From the NCBI GenBank assembly GCA_964387845.1, contig CAYLXA010000001.1, forward strand, positions 288,001-352,000: a stretch of DNA of 64,000 nt, given 5' to 3'. Below, one piece after another: positions 52,203 through 62,996 of the stretch; position 1 is the stretch's first letter; the number at the start of each line of letters is the position of its first letter. Source of the stretch: an uncultured bacterium (lineage in GTDB: Bacteria > Omnitrophota > Omnitrophia > Omnitrophales > Abzuiibacteriaceae). The notes beneath the pieces are model-generated. The model had not been told where the DNA came from and did no database searches. It worked only from the letters and a program-made list of their open reading frames with translations. Both the position numbers and the translations under genes were made by a program.

Positions 52203-54938
52203 TTAACCTGTGCTTTTCATGCCAAAAGCAATGCCATTTAGGGCTAATAAAAGCACGTCTTTTATCTGATTCTGGCGGACAGCACTTTGGTTTGTGCTCT
52301 TTTTTGATTCTTCTAAAAACCGGACTTGAAGAAAATTCAAGGGATCAACGTACGGATTCCGCAAACGAATTGACTCTTTGAGAACCGGATGAAACCCCAA
52401 TAAGTCGTCTTGCCCGGTAATTTCAAGAATTTGATCACAGCTCCGCGCATACTCTTCTTTGATCCGGCCGAAAATCTCAGACCGCACGGCCTCGGAATCC
52501 ACCAAAGCAGAATACCGTTCGGCAATATACATATCCGCTTTTGCGAGAGATACGCGCGCATTGTCAATCAACATATGAAAAAAGGGCCATTTTTGGTACA
52601 TTTCGCGAAGTTCGGCCAAACCTTTTTTGCCTGACTGCTTGATCTCCGCTTCAAGTGCATAGCCGATCCCATACCAGGCCGGTAAAATAAACCTCGACTG
52701 AACCCAGCTGAATACCCACGGAATCGCGCGCAGATCTTGAAATTCCCGCGAACGCTTGCGCGATGCCGGCCGTGAGCCGATCTGCGCAATCCCAAAAAGC
52801 TGAATAGGTGTTGCGGAATAAAAGAATTCTTTAAAACCGGGCGAATCAAAAACCAAATCGCGATAAAATCTGAGCGATGTTTGGCATAGTTCTTCCATCT
52901 TTTTCTCCCATTCGGCAATTTTACGGCTTCTTGCCCATTCATGCTTGCCGACTAAATTGGTCCAAATGACGGCAGTCGCCAGCTGCTCCAAATTTCTTTG
53001 CGCAATCATCAGGTTGGCATACTTCTGCGAAACGACTTCGCCCTGCTCCGTAATCCTGATCTTTCCGCCCACCGCCGCATACGGCTGCGCCAAAATGGCT
53101 TTATGCGACTGTCCGCCTCCGCGGTCGATGGTGCCGCCTTTGCCGTGGAAAAACCGGACGGCGACATTAAATTTCTCGGCCATTTCGACCATCCGCTTCT
53201 GTGCAAGGTACAACTTCCAATTCGCCGCAAAATATCCGCCGTCTTTGTTGCTATCCGAATAGCCGAACATGATTTCCTGCAAATTGCCTTGGCTTTGCAC
53301 ATAGGAACGGTAAAGCGGAAGTGAAAAAAGTTTTTGCATAATCAAATGAGCTTCTGCTAGCGATTCGATTTTTTCAAAAAGCGGCACAATCGCCAGACAG
53401 CTTTCAACGACTTTTTTGCCTTTAACTTTGATTAAGCCCGCACGAACCGCCAAATACATAAACCCAAGAATATCTTCGGGCTTTTCAGCCATGCTTAATA
53501 AATAATTCTTCACATAAGAGCGGCCCATTTTTTCCTGAATTTCTTTGATGAGCTCAAGCTGCCGGATGATATCTTTGGATTCGGCGGATAGCCGGCGCGC
53601 TTTTTTAAACTGCGCGTTTTTCTTCGTGATTGCGCCAATCAATTGCCCGGCGGTTGGTTCAAATCCGAAAAGCTCCTTGACCGCATGCATGATTTTCCGG
53701 CTGTCGTCCCGGAAATCCAAAGCGGCCAAATGAAAACCGAATACGCGCACCTGGCAAATTAAATTTTCTAAATCACCCGCCACCGCAAACCGGCCTTTGT
53801 TCTTCTGCAGACTTTCTTGAATAATCAAAAGATCCGCCAAGAATTCATCCGGCGATTGATACTGAACGGATTTTTGCTGATACGTGTTTGAAAGTTTTCG
53901 GTGAATAAAAGAAAGTTTTTTTCGATAGAGTTCGCTCGACTCATATTTGTCGAGTTCGGAAGCCAACTTGGGCATCAAGCGGCGGTCGTTGGCAAGCGAA
54001 GCCAAAAAGGAACGCCCGGCGCCGATCATTTGGTCTGATTGGCTGAATTTCAGCATCAGCGCTTCGCAAGCGTTCAGGTAGAGCGTAAAAATAAGCTCTC
54101 GGTGGCGCCTTGCGGTTTCTTCGGTCACCTGGCAAGTCACATTGGGATTACCGTCGCGGTCGGCACCGACCCAGGAGCCAAAACGCACCAGCGGCAAATC
54201 GCTGATTTTTCCCGTTGATTCATAAAATTCATCATGACTTTTTTGAACGATTCGATGAAAAGCCGGAATCAGGGGGAAAATGGTTTTCTCAAAGAAAAAG
54301 AGAGTTTGGTCCACTTCATCCAAAACCGAAACTTTTTTCGTGCGGGTTGGTTTTGTCTGCCATAAAATTTCGAGCAATTCCTTGATCTTTAATGTATGAG
54401 TTTCCTTTTCGAAATTGGTAGCGTCCGGGTGATTGATTTGAGACAAGCTCGACGCGATTTCTAGAATATGGCTCAGAATGGTCCGCCGTTTGACTTCGGT
54501 CGGGTGCGCCGTTAAAACCAATTCGATATCCAAGCGATTGACAAGCCGGCTGACTTTTCGCTCGGAAATTTTTCGCTTAGACAAATCATGAAATAGTTTC
54601 CGGACCGACATATGCTGCAGCTGATTGTGCTTATCATATGCGCGTAGGCGGCGGATTCTTTCTGCTTCTTCGGCGATATTCGCGAGCTGAAAATAAATGG
54701 TGAATGCGCGCGCGATTTTGTACGCTTCCGGCACACTGAGTGATTGAATCAGCCGCCTTTTTTTGGCAATGAACGCCGGCGCATGGCTCTTCCGGATTTG
54801 CTTCGCAAAATGCCGGATTTTCTCGATCTTATTTAATAACGCAACCCCCTCCTGATCCCGGATCACATCGCCCAGAATTTTTCCGAGAAACCGGACATCC
54901 TGCCGCAATAGACTGTTTGACATGTTTTTATTTCTCAT
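52203..54938 (-). CDS. ppc: phosphoenolpyruvate carboxylase
   Basis: 911 aa; N terminus LRQDVRFLGKILGDVI, VFSWVQSRFILPAWYG and a Gly-rich C terminus match PEPC signatures. Confidence 0.9.
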   Translation of the reverse strand: MRNKNMSNSLLRQDVRFLGKILGDVIRDQEGVALLNKIEKIRHFAKQIRKSHAPAFIAKKRRLIQSLSVPEAYKIARAFTIYFQLANIAEEAERIRRLRAYDKHNQLQHMSVRKLFHDLSKRKISERKVSRLVNRLDIELVLTAHPTEVKRRTILSHILEIASSLSQINHPDATNFEKETHTLKIKELLEILWQTKPTRTKKVSVLDEVDQTLFFFEKTIFPLIPAFHRIVQKSHDEFYESTGKISDLPLVRFGSWVGADRDGNPNVTCQVTEETARRHRELIFTLYLNACEALMLKFSQSDQMIGAGRSFLASLANDRRLMPKLASELDKYESSELYRKKLSFIHRKLSNTYQQKSVQYQSPDEFLADLLIIQESLQKNKGRFAVAGDLENLICQVRVFGFHLAALDFRDDSRKIMHAVKELFGFEPTAGQLIGAITKKNAQFKKARRLSAESKDIIRQLELIKEIQEKMGRSYVKNYLLSMAEKPEDILGFMYLAVRAGLIKVKGKKVVESCLAIVPLFEKIESLAEAHLIMQKLFSLPLYRSYVQSQGNLQEIMFGYSDSNKDGGYFAANWKLYLAQKRMVEMAEKFNVAVRFFHGKGGTIDRGGGQSHKAILAQPYAAVGGKIRITEQGEVVSQKYANLMIAQRNLEQLATAVIWTNLVGKHEWARSRKIAEWEKKMEELCQTSLRFYRDLVFDSPGFKEFFYSATPIQLFGIAQIGSRPASRKRSREFQDLRAIPWVFSWVQSRFILPAWYGIGYALEAEIKQSGKKGLAELREMYQKWPFFHMLIDNARVSLAKADMYIAERYSALVDSEAVRSEIFGRIKEEYARSCDQILEITGQDDLLGFHPVLKESIRLRNPYVDPLNFLQVRFLEESKKSTNQSAVRQNQIKDVLLLALNGIAFGMKSTG

Positions 54939-56035
54939 AGATTAATCTTTGAACTTGGCTTGATTGAACGAATAAACAAAATGAAGATCGTCACGACTGT
55001 AATGGGTATTATAAATGCAAACATGATAGAACTAAAGATCGGCAGAGCGTCGTGTTGTGTCGATTGAAAAAGCAAATAACAAACATACGACACATAATAG
55101 CCGAAGAAAAGAGTCCCTTCCCATCTGGCAATCAAATGACCCGTAAAAAAAATGGGAAAGCAAGCAACAGATACTGCCACCATGACAGGTATGTCAAAAT
55201 TAAGCGCTGCTTTCGAAACTTGAATCCCCTCCGGAGCGAGCACAGCGGTTAAACCCACGACGGCAAGGATGTTATAAATATTCGAACCAACGATATTTCC
55301 TACCGCGATGTCACGCTCACCCCGCAATGTAGCAACAATAGATGTAGCGATTTCAGGCAAGCCGGTGCCAATCGCGACAACCGTGAGGCCTATCACGAGC
55401 TCGCTGATTCCAAAAAGTCTGGCAATCTGAACCGAACCATCCACAAACCATTTCGCCCCTAAAATTACGGCCAACAAACTTACAGCAATCCAGAGCAGCT
55501 TGGAAAAAATTATGGCTTTCTTGCTGTGGCTTGATGCTCTTTTTCCAAATTCCTTTTCATATTCCTCTTTGACTTGCCCAGCTTCTTTCTTGCTCATTTT
55601 TACGACAAACCAGGTATACAAAAAGATACCAGAAATCAGCAAAATACCGTCGAAACGGCCGATCGTTCCGTCCCATGCGGCAGCAAACAAAACACAAGAC
55701 ACCAGAATCATAACGGGAACATCCCAGCGCACAATCTGCTGAGCTACAAATAACGGAGCAATCATGGCGCAAGTCCCTAGAATTAGCAGCACATTCGATA
55801 TATTGCTTCCCACTACATTGCCGAGCGAAATATCAGATTGGCCGGAAAACCCGGTTTGAAGGCTCACAATGAGTTCGGGTGTGCTAGTTCCGTAAGCAAC
55901 CACCGTTAAACCAACCAACAAAGGCGAGATTCCCAATCGAACGGCAAGTTGCGATGAATGACGAACCAAAAGCTCAGCCCCTACAATGAGCAATCCAAGT
56001 CCGCCGCTTAAATAAAACCATGTTACGGCATTCAT
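54935..56035 (-). CDS. Ca2+/Na+ antiporter (CaCA family, YrbG-like)
   Basis: Two alpha-repeat regions (GNVVGSNISNVLLILG and GNIVGSNIYNILAVVG). ATGA overlap with ppc. Confidence 0.75.
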   Translation of the reverse strand: MNAVTWFYLSGGLGLLIVGAELLVRHSSQLAVRLGISPLLVGLTVVAYGTSTPELIVSLQTGFSGQSDISLGNVVGSNISNVLLILGTCAMIAPLFVAQQIVRWDVPVMILVSCVLFAAAWDGTIGRFDGILLISGIFLYTWFVVKMSKKEAGQVKEEYEKEFGKRASSHSKKAIIFSKLLWIAVSLLAVILGAKWFVDGSVQIARLFGISELVIGLTVVAIGTGLPEIATSIVATLRGERDIAVGNIVGSNIYNILAVVGLTAVLAPEGIQVSKAALNFDIPVMVAVSVACFPIFFTGHLIARWEGTLFFGYYVSYVCYLLFQSTQHDALPIFSSIMFAFIIPITVVTIFILFIRSIKPSSKINL

Positions 56036-56038
56036 TAT

Positions 56039-57157
56039 TTATTTGCTCAATTTCGCGGCGGGAGGAGAAGAAGAAAGCCAGATAACAGCCGCAATGAAGA
56101 ACCCGGTCAAGAGCAAATTCAAGGCAAGGCTCATGCCGGCCAGTGCAATGGCAGAGCCGCTAATCCCGTAGCTTAAAGCAACCAATAAAACACCTGCACC
56201 GACTTCGCCGCGAGGGAACATCGCAACGCTTACCGCGATTCGCTCGCGGAGAGTTGCTTCTTTGCCGTAACAAAATATCGGAAAACATTTGCCCACATTT
56301 GAGAGCACCGTTAAAAGCAGGACATGGATCACGGCCATTCCGATTGTGATTTCTCCAAGCTGAACTTTGGGAAGCGAACACCCGACCAAAAACATGAAAC
56401 CCGCTTTAATCGTCGGATCCACCATCGATTCTATTTGCTGAGGCAAAGTTTGGCGCGAAGCAGCTTGCGGCGCATGATGATGGCCTGCATGAGGATGATA
56501 CAAAACACAACCCAGCACGAATGCCGGCAAAAGCACCTCAAGATGAACTCCGGCTACAATTTCTACAAGAGAGCAAATGGCTACTATAATGATCGAATAC
56601 AACAAAATCCAAAGATTGCCCACCGGGAATTTCAAACTATGCAAATACCGGTAAGCCAGAACCAAAAGAATGACAATAACGACTATGATCGCACCGAGTT
56701 CGGGTTTTGCGCCGACAATCATGATTTTCAGCGGAATCATTAACAAAATAGTATCTAAGTCATCAAAAATTGCCAATATTCGGACTTTTCGGAAGATCCA
56801 AGTCGCACCAAGACCTGCAGCTAATAACATCGTAAACAAAACGCCGGCTGAAGTTGGTGCCGCAAAACGCCCCGCCAGTAGAGATTCTTGCCAATCCATT
56901 CCAAAAATATATACAAAATATGCCGCGCAAAAAATCCATGGAAAAGCAGCGGCCGTGGCGGCAACCAAATAATCTGTGGCGTAGGATTTGAGATTATTTT
57001 TATCAATTGTAAATTCAAGCCCTACTTGAATCATGATGTAGGCCAGACAGGTCATCGTTACCGCGTATAACAGCCCCTGAACTTTGGCCAAATCAAGGAA
57101 TTGAGATATGCCCATCCCTAATACAAGTAATAGGCTGAAAATAAAAACTTTCTTCAT
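56039..57157 (-). CDS. cation:proton antiporter family membrane protein
   Basis: 372 aa, about 11 TM helices, CPA-like core. Confidence 0.55.
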   Translation of the reverse strand: MKKVFIFSLLLVLGMGISQFLDLAKVQGLLYAVTMTCLAYIMIQVGLEFTIDKNNLKSYATDYLVAATAAAFPWIFCAAYFVYIFGMDWQESLLAGRFAAPTSAGVLFTMLLAAGLGATWIFRKVRILAIFDDLDTILLMIPLKIMIVGAKPELGAIIVVIVILLVLAYRYLHSLKFPVGNLWILLYSIIIVAICSLVEIVAGVHLEVLLPAFVLGCVLYHPHAGHHHAPQAASRQTLPQQIESMVDPTIKAGFMFLVGCSLPKVQLGEITIGMAVIHVLLLTVLSNVGKCFPIFCYGKEATLRERIAVSVAMFPRGEVGAGVLLVALSYGISGSAIALAGMSLALNLLLTGFFIAAVIWLSSSPPAAKLSK

Positions 57158-57253
57158 TGTTACCCTGTCATGATTTTTAGATTACCACGGCACAAGCCGC
57201 ACAATTTATCAAATGCGCGGCGCGTCGTTACTAAAGCAAGCTTCTCAAAAAAT

Positions 57254-59038
57254 CTACGAACGAACTTTATGATAGCGGCTTCTTAATAGCAAGAGAAAAG
57301 CAACATCTGCCGCTACCACGGCGGAAACATACCCCACACCACCGCCGCCAAAACCATAACTATGAAGCCCGGCCGCTAAGACAAAATTCACGCCGTACCA
57401 GGCCATGATCACCGTCAAAAAGCAGACCGCGCACCAAAACGCGGTCGCGAATGAATCCAGCCAGCCGGCAGTTCGCCCATGCATAACCGCCAAATACGCA
57501 AGTAACGCAATCAAAGCCCAGGTTTCCTTCGGATCCCAGCCCCAAAACCGGCCCCATGAATAATTCGCCCAAACGCCGCCCAGGATTGTTCCGGCAGCGA
57601 GCAAAATAAGCCCAATTTGAAGCGAACGATAAAGAAAAGTAATAAGCTCATCTAACGTTTTATTATTTTTTTTCTTAAAAGCATAGTGAAACACAACCAC
57701 ATGCGCGACACCCCAATTGAGCAAAAACGCACCATAGCCGAGCGTAATCGTCAGCACATGAACTGTGAGCCAAAAATTGCTGCGCAAAACGGGAACCAAA
57801 GGCGAAATCGACTGGTCCAAAACCGCCGGTAAATTTTCGCTGATCAAGAGCGCCAGAATGGATACGGACGCTGCGATCATCGGAATCAAATAGGACCTGT
57901 AAAAAGCAAAAAGAATGAGCGAGAAAAGCACAACACTCCACGACACCCAAATGACTGACTCATACATGTTCGTCACGGGCGGACGCCCGGCGATTAAACA
58001 ACGCAGCACAAAACCCAACGTATGAACCGCAAAAGCCGCGGTAAAAAATGAGAAAGCGATTTTATTGGCGCGTTTTTTATTTCTCAGTGTCAGCCAGATC
58101 AGAAGGCTGCCTAAATAAATTGCCCATGCCGTATGAAACGGGCGAAATTTGAGATAGAAAAGCTCGTAATGAATCAACGTCCGGTCGATGATGATGTCGC
58201 GCGATTCCAGTAATTTTGTAAGCGCATTGGCGAAAAATGAAGCAGATACGCCGGCCATTTCGATTTTTTCATCCCGCAAGCGGCCGAGGAGAAATGAAAG
58301 TGAGTTACTCGCTTCCTTCACATTCGCCGCGGGATACATGGTTTCCAAAATGGAAATACCGTGATCGCTCGCAAGCCCCTCAAGCGGAACCCACCCCGCC
58401 TGTGGATCATCGGGATGCGGAATAAAGCCCGGCATTTCTCCGCGCCCGATAGCCTGAAACAGACGCGCTCTGCTTCCGAGTTCAATCATTGCCTTTTCGT
58501 ATTCGTTTAGTTTTTCTTTTCTGTCCTGCTTAGCCCTTACTTCACCTGTTCTTGCCGTAAAATTCAAATCGGCGAGAACAAGAGAAGGTGCGATTCTATT
58601 GTTTTCCAGATCCGCGGAGAAATCCTTTCGTAACTCGGGATTTGAAACAGGTAAAATAGCCTTCGCGCTCCAAATATCGGGGGCCGCAATCCATCGCCAC
58701 ACCAGTTCGGTTGGCTCCATTTTTTGAAAATGTGTTTTGCCGGTCATATAGAGGACGATTTCTTTCGCGAAACTCTCAAACGGCTTGACGCGGCCGCCCT
58801 GCTGAACCGGAATTCCACCCAAAACTTCGTGCGCATTACCTTCGGATTGATTGGCAAAGGATTGGGGCGAGAAAAACATCGCCAAGAGAATGACTAAAGA
58901 AAGACTGACAATAAATTTACAATACACCCCCTCACCCTTTCCCTCTCCCTGAGGGAGAGGGGAATTGTTTAACTCACTCCCTCTCCCGCTTGCGGGAGAG
59001 GGCTGGGGTGAGGGTTGATTATTTAGAAATTGTCTCAT
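57254..59038 (-). CDS. ccsA: cytochrome c biogenesis protein CcsA (system II heme-handling WWD-domain protein) with a long N-terminal periplasmic domain
   Basis: WGRFWGWDPKETWALI (WWD motif) and conserved His residues. ATG 59038 overlaps the ccsB stop (TAATG) but would translate a palindromic repeat as MRQFLNNQPSPQPSPASGRGSELNNSPLPQGEGKGEG. An in-frame GTG at 58927 would instead start directly at a signal peptide (VYCKFIVSLSLVILLAMFFSPQSFA). Confidence 0.75.
   Translation of the reverse strand: MRQFLNNQPSPQPSPASGRGSELNNSPLPQGEGKGEGVYCKFIVSLSLVILLAMFFSPQSFANQSEGNAHEVLGGIPVQQGGRVKPFESFAKEIVLYMTGKTHFQKMEPTELVWRWIAAPDIWSAKAILPVSNPELRKDFSADLENNRIAPSLVLADLNFTARTGEVRAKQDRKEKLNEYEKAMIELGSRARLFQAIGRGEMPGFIPHPDDPQAGWVPLEGLASDHGISILETMYPAANVKEASNSLSFLLGRLRDEKIEMAGVSASFFANALTKLLESRDIIIDRTLIHYELFYLKFRPFHTAWAIYLGSLLIWLTLRNKKRANKIAFSFFTAAFAVHTLGFVLRCLIAGRPPVTNMYESVIWVSWSVVLFSLILFAFYRSYLIPMIAASVSILALLISENLPAVLDQSISPLVPVLRSNFWLTVHVLTITLGYGAFLLNWGVAHVVVFHYAFKKKNNKTLDELITFLYRSLQIGLILLAAGTILGGVWANYSWGRFWGWDPKETWALIALLAYLAVMHGRTAGWLDSFATAFWCAVCFLTVIMAWYGVNFVLAAGLHSYGFGGGGVGYVSAVVAADVAFLLLLRSRYHKVRS
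58927..59006. repeat. family ii nested palindromic element, copy D (two inner CCCTCTCCC/GGGAGAGGG palindromes inside a CCCTCACCC/GGGTGAGGG outer pair)
   Basis: ccctcaccctttccctctccctgagggagaggggaattgtttaactcactccctctcccgcttgcgggagagggctggggtgaggg. Confidence 0.55.
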
Positions 59039-60798
59039 TAGATTTTCCTCATTTTGGGGTCACTGGTCTTAAGCGTCGAATATTGTTTTAAATAGAATAA
59101 CAAAATAATTCCGACTATCATCACAATCGAACCCGCATATTTAACCGGGATACCGGGGTCGCGCGCAACTGTAAAGACGGAAATATCCGGCTCGCCGGGC
59201 GTCACTTGATACGCAGATTGATACACTTTGAAACTACGATGAACGAGCGGTTCATTCATCTGAATCAATTGATCGCGGCTGATTCCCTTCGCTACGTCTT
59301 TCAAAGTGACCTGGCTTTTGAAACTGGCGGGCCGGTTGGTGCCGGGATCCGTATCCATTAAAAAATCATTCAATTGAATCGTGAAGCCCAGCGGTTGCGT
59401 CTCAAGCCCATAAACAAAGTGCCAATCATGGCCGCCTAACTGAGTCCGTTCAACCTGGCCCTGCCGAAGCCATAAATTTTGAGATTCATTTCCGTCCGAT
59501 AGTTCGATTTGAATGACGCGAGTTGCGCCTGTGCGCTCTGAAGCGAGAGGAATCGGAGAAAATGAACGTTCTACTTCGGCATGATGATAAAAAGCATCAA
59601 CACTGAATTTAAAATCCATCCATCCGGTTTCAATTTGTTTGCCGATTTCGACAATGCCGTCCGTAAGCAAATCGCCCTTTTTAACTTGATAGCGCGGTAA
59701 ACCGTCCGGATTATAAATGAACCGAAGTTCGTTCTTTGAAGCCGCTTGATCCGCTTGGCCGGCCATTTTCATCGCAATCCGCATTCCGGAAGCGCTTGGC
59801 GCCATGCCATGCACAGTCGGAAAATCGGGAAAATTCGCGAAAATGGTATGCTGTTCGTTCAATCCATCGCCTTCCAAGATCAATTCCACCGCGGGGTTCC
59901 GCCACTCCTTGGAACGGTCAATCAATTTGTTTTGATCTACAATCGCATCACGCAAAATACGGTTGAGCTTAGCGCGGATTTTAGTGCCTTGAAGCGTAAA
60001 TGATTTTGGTTTGTCGGATTCCTTGATCGGAACCTGAATGATTTTACCCGATTTGAGCATAAATTCTAAATGCGCAAATTCATCTCCCGATTTTTTCTTC
60101 GGTTTCTCGATGTCAATCGGTTGGCGCGCAAAATGAATGACGGCGGCACCCATGGCTAGCTGATTTTTTTCGGGATTATCCAAGAAAAGCCAATCGTTGG
60201 TTTGCGCCATCGATCCGGATAGTGAAAATTGAATGGCGGGAGACCCTTTGGCGGATTCTTTGACAGATTCTCCCAAAACCGCTTTCGGGAAATCCTGCAA
60301 AACATGGATCTGAACGGAGCTTTTCGGCTTCAATTCCAATTTCCGGCGCCCGGACCACGGAAACACGCTTGGTTTATAATGCATGACAAAATGTTCTTTC
60401 AAATCGGGAGAGAAAATTTCAAGTATCGGATTCGCCAAAGTCATACGGCTTTCGGAATCGCCTTCCTGAATCGACACCTGCCCTTCAATCCCGAAACGCT
60501 GCGTGATCAAAGAACCAATGAGAATCAAGATGATTCCGAGATGGGTCAAAAGAAAACCGATGTGCTGCTTGCGCCACGGCCAACGGCTGATTGCGGATGC
60601 GGCTAAATTAATCGCCAGTAAAACCAAAACAATCGAAAACCAAGGAGTATAATAAATCAAGCGCTGGGCGGCTTCCGCACCGTGATACGACTCGATGAAG
60701 GTGCCGGCAGCCACAATAATCGCGACAGTTACAATAAGCAGAACCGCGCACCAAAGCGAAGCAAAAAATTTGAATAGGTCGGACAATAGATGATTCAT
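59038..60798 (-). CDS. ccsB: cytochrome c biogenesis protein CcsB / ResB
   Basis: 586 aa, N-terminal TM helices, large periplasmic domain, C-terminal TM; ResB family pattern. Immediately upstream of ccsA. Confidence 0.8.
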   Translation of the reverse strand: MNHLLSDLFKFFASLWCAVLLIVTVAIIVAAGTFIESYHGAEAAQRLIYYTPWFSIVLVLLAINLAASAISRWPWRKQHIGFLLTHLGIILILIGSLITQRFGIEGQVSIQEGDSESRMTLANPILEIFSPDLKEHFVMHYKPSVFPWSGRRKLELKPKSSVQIHVLQDFPKAVLGESVKESAKGSPAIQFSLSGSMAQTNDWLFLDNPEKNQLAMGAAVIHFARQPIDIEKPKKKSGDEFAHLEFMLKSGKIIQVPIKESDKPKSFTLQGTKIRAKLNRILRDAIVDQNKLIDRSKEWRNPAVELILEGDGLNEQHTIFANFPDFPTVHGMAPSASGMRIAMKMAGQADQAASKNELRFIYNPDGLPRYQVKKGDLLTDGIVEIGKQIETGWMDFKFSVDAFYHHAEVERSFSPIPLASERTGATRVIQIELSDGNESQNLWLRQGQVERTQLGGHDWHFVYGLETQPLGFTIQLNDFLMDTDPGTNRPASFKSQVTLKDVAKGISRDQLIQMNEPLVHRSFKVYQSAYQVTPGEPDISVFTVARDPGIPVKYAGSIVMIVGIILLFYLKQYSTLKTSDPKMRKI

Positions 60799-60898
60799 AA
60801 CAGTTTAAGATAAGGGGTAATTATACATGATTGGCATAGCACACGTCATTAGAAACCGAAATTAGTTTAAGCGGGAATTAATTAGACTGATTGAAGAA

Positions 60899-62986
60899 TC
60901 AGCCCCAAGCCAAGCTGATTTCGCAGGAAATTAAATGCGCAATGTAATCGCCAAATTCGGCGTTGGAATTGGCAAGATAGTAATAAAGTCCGTATTTTGG
61001 CTCAACAGTTACTTTTTCATTCACATTCCATTTCAAGCCCGCTTCCAAATCCAGTTTCCGATAATCAGATCCGATCGGCAAGCCTCTGGCAGTAAAATCA
61101 TTAAAATTATCAGCACGGGCATATTGCACCGATTGAATAAACGAAACATTTTCTTTCGGCATGTAGCTCGTACTCAATGTCCACGTATCCACATTCGCGT
61201 TAAAACCCGGCAGGTTACCGCTTAATGCGCCGGCGGCCGGAGTATTGGTGTTTGACATAAGCTTTGAATAGGAGCCCAGAATCATTACATTTTCAACGGG
61301 TTGCGATGTAAAATCAAAAATAAAATTATTTGAGGTTGTTTCCGTATCAACGCCTGCTAAATTTTCAATGTTCGTCCTGTAATTTGTATCGCGCCCGATA
61401 AACCGAAAAGACGGCTGAAGATATTTGGTTAATGTCAATGCCAACCTCATCATGAATTCATTAATATAGGTGTGCTGGCTGTCAAAAAATGCAGATTTTG
61501 AAACTCCTGATGAAACAGTTTCGTAAATATCATCGTAATCCGTCATTTTAAGAGTCCTTCGAAAATGCGAAGTAATCCGCACAAATGAAAACGGCGCTGC
61601 GTGCCCGCCTAAAGTCATCACGCCACGCTGGATGTTTGTAATCGTTTCGCGAATAAAAACTTCACTTGCACTCGCCCCCGACTGTCCGCCAACGCTATCC
61701 CGATTTTCAGACATCGGTAACCGGTCTTGTTCTAATTCCAATTCTGTATAAATAGCCGTCCGCGGAATCGCCGTAAATCTGGCCGTAATCCCTTGTCCCC
61801 ACCTGAAACCGCTCATACGCGTATCGCTGACGTCAAATCGGTTAATGCGATTATCGGGCGGATCTGTGGTCTCAACGTTATAAGTAGACTCTCCGCGGCG
61901 ATTTAAAAATTCTGACTTAACCTTTGCGCCGATATTGAACCATTTTGTGACCAGGGCCATCATATTAGCAACCCAGGTGTTGGAATGAAAATGGTTGGTT
62001 GCGATATTGCCAAAACGGTTTTCAGCATTTGCAAATGAACGCGGATTACCATTTTCGTCAAACTCTCGGATATCTTCCCATTCTTTGTTATGGATTTGTG
62101 CATATCGATACCCAGCCGAAGTGTACACTTTGTCCTTTAAAAACCACTTCGCGATTCCAAATATTGAGCTGAAAGTGTGTGCTTCCGGCTTTTGCTGCTG
62201 CTTTCTAATTAATTTATTACCAGCCGTAGCATCAGAGTCAGCGCCAAAATATTTCTCGACGCGTGTGTTATCGGATTTCACAATTTCAAATTTTTGCTCG
62301 CTTTTAAGTTCATAACCTTTAACGGTATGGTCGACTTTCAAGCCAAACGTATCCGCCACTTCGCTCACATCCTGATAGGAAGGCGCTATTTTCCGCGTCA
62401 CACCGCTCTGAACCACGTCTCCCCATGTTAATCTGGATTTTGCACCATTTTTAAATTCGCGCTCATACCCAATCATTACTTTTGGAAAATCCGGTATATC
62501 CAGCTCCGCTTCAACGCCGAAATGGCCGATGTCCAGTTCTAAATCTTTAACCGCGTCGCCAACCCGGAGTGTGTAGTCGCCCCGCGTTAGATTAAACGGA
62601 TGATAAACACCGCCCGTCCGGTCATAATATTTCCGGAACTCTTGGTAATCAAATTTGATTTGTCCCACTTCTTTTTTCTTGATGATGACAACGCCTTCGT
62701 AATCATTGTCCGCGGGGATTGCCTTGCCTTCCATTTTTACCGTAATATCATTCGGAAGCCTGTAAAAAGAATAAAATTCCTCAACGCCTGCGGCGTAATT
62801 GTTGCTCTTCCAATGATGCGCTCTGAATTTATCGGCTTCCCCGTCCACAAAAATATAACGGACCGGAAGAGGTGTGATATCAAGATGATTTTCTGAATTA
62901 TTTTCCGAAGCTGCGTATAGAGATTGAGTGACGGCCAAAGAGACATACGCTAAAACGAATATTAACTTCCAATATGAGCGTCTCAT
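60899..62986 (-). CDS. large predicted outer-membrane beta-barrel protein (about 695 aa) with signal peptide
   Basis: Start at ATG 62986 (MRRSYWKLIFVLAYVSLAVTQSLYA, SD GGAGG upstream). Alternating amphipathic beta-strand pattern with abundant aromatic residues. Follows the multiheme cytochrome gene after a 10-nt gap. Confidence 0.55.
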   Translation of the reverse strand: MRRSYWKLIFVLAYVSLAVTQSLYAASENNSENHLDITPLPVRYIFVDGEADKFRAHHWKSNNYAAGVEEFYSFYRLPNDITVKMEGKAIPADNDYEGVVIIKKKEVGQIKFDYQEFRKYYDRTGGVYHPFNLTRGDYTLRVGDAVKDLELDIGHFGVEAELDIPDFPKVMIGYEREFKNGAKSRLTWGDVVQSGVTRKIAPSYQDVSEVADTFGLKVDHTVKGYELKSEQKFEIVKSDNTRVEKYFGADSDATAGNKLIRKQQQKPEAHTFSSIFGIAKWFLKDKVYTSAGYRYAQIHNKEWEDIREFDENGNPRSFANAENRFGNIATNHFHSNTWVANMMALVTKWFNIGAKVKSEFLNRRGESTYNVETTDPPDNRINRFDVSDTRMSGFRWGQGITARFTAIPRTAIYTELELEQDRLPMSENRDSVGGQSGASASEVFIRETITNIQRGVMTLGGHAAPFSFVRITSHFRRTLKMTDYDDIYETVSSGVSKSAFFDSQHTYINEFMMRLALTLTKYLQPSFRFIGRDTNYRTNIENLAGVDTETTSNNFIFDFTSQPVENVMILGSYSKLMSNTNTPAAGALSGNLPGFNANVDTWTLSTSYMPKENVSFIQSVQYARADNFNDFTARGLPIGSDYRKLDLEAGLKWNVNEKVTVEPKYGLYYYLANSNAEFGDYIAHLISCEISLAWG

Positions 62987-62996
62987 GACGGCCTCC

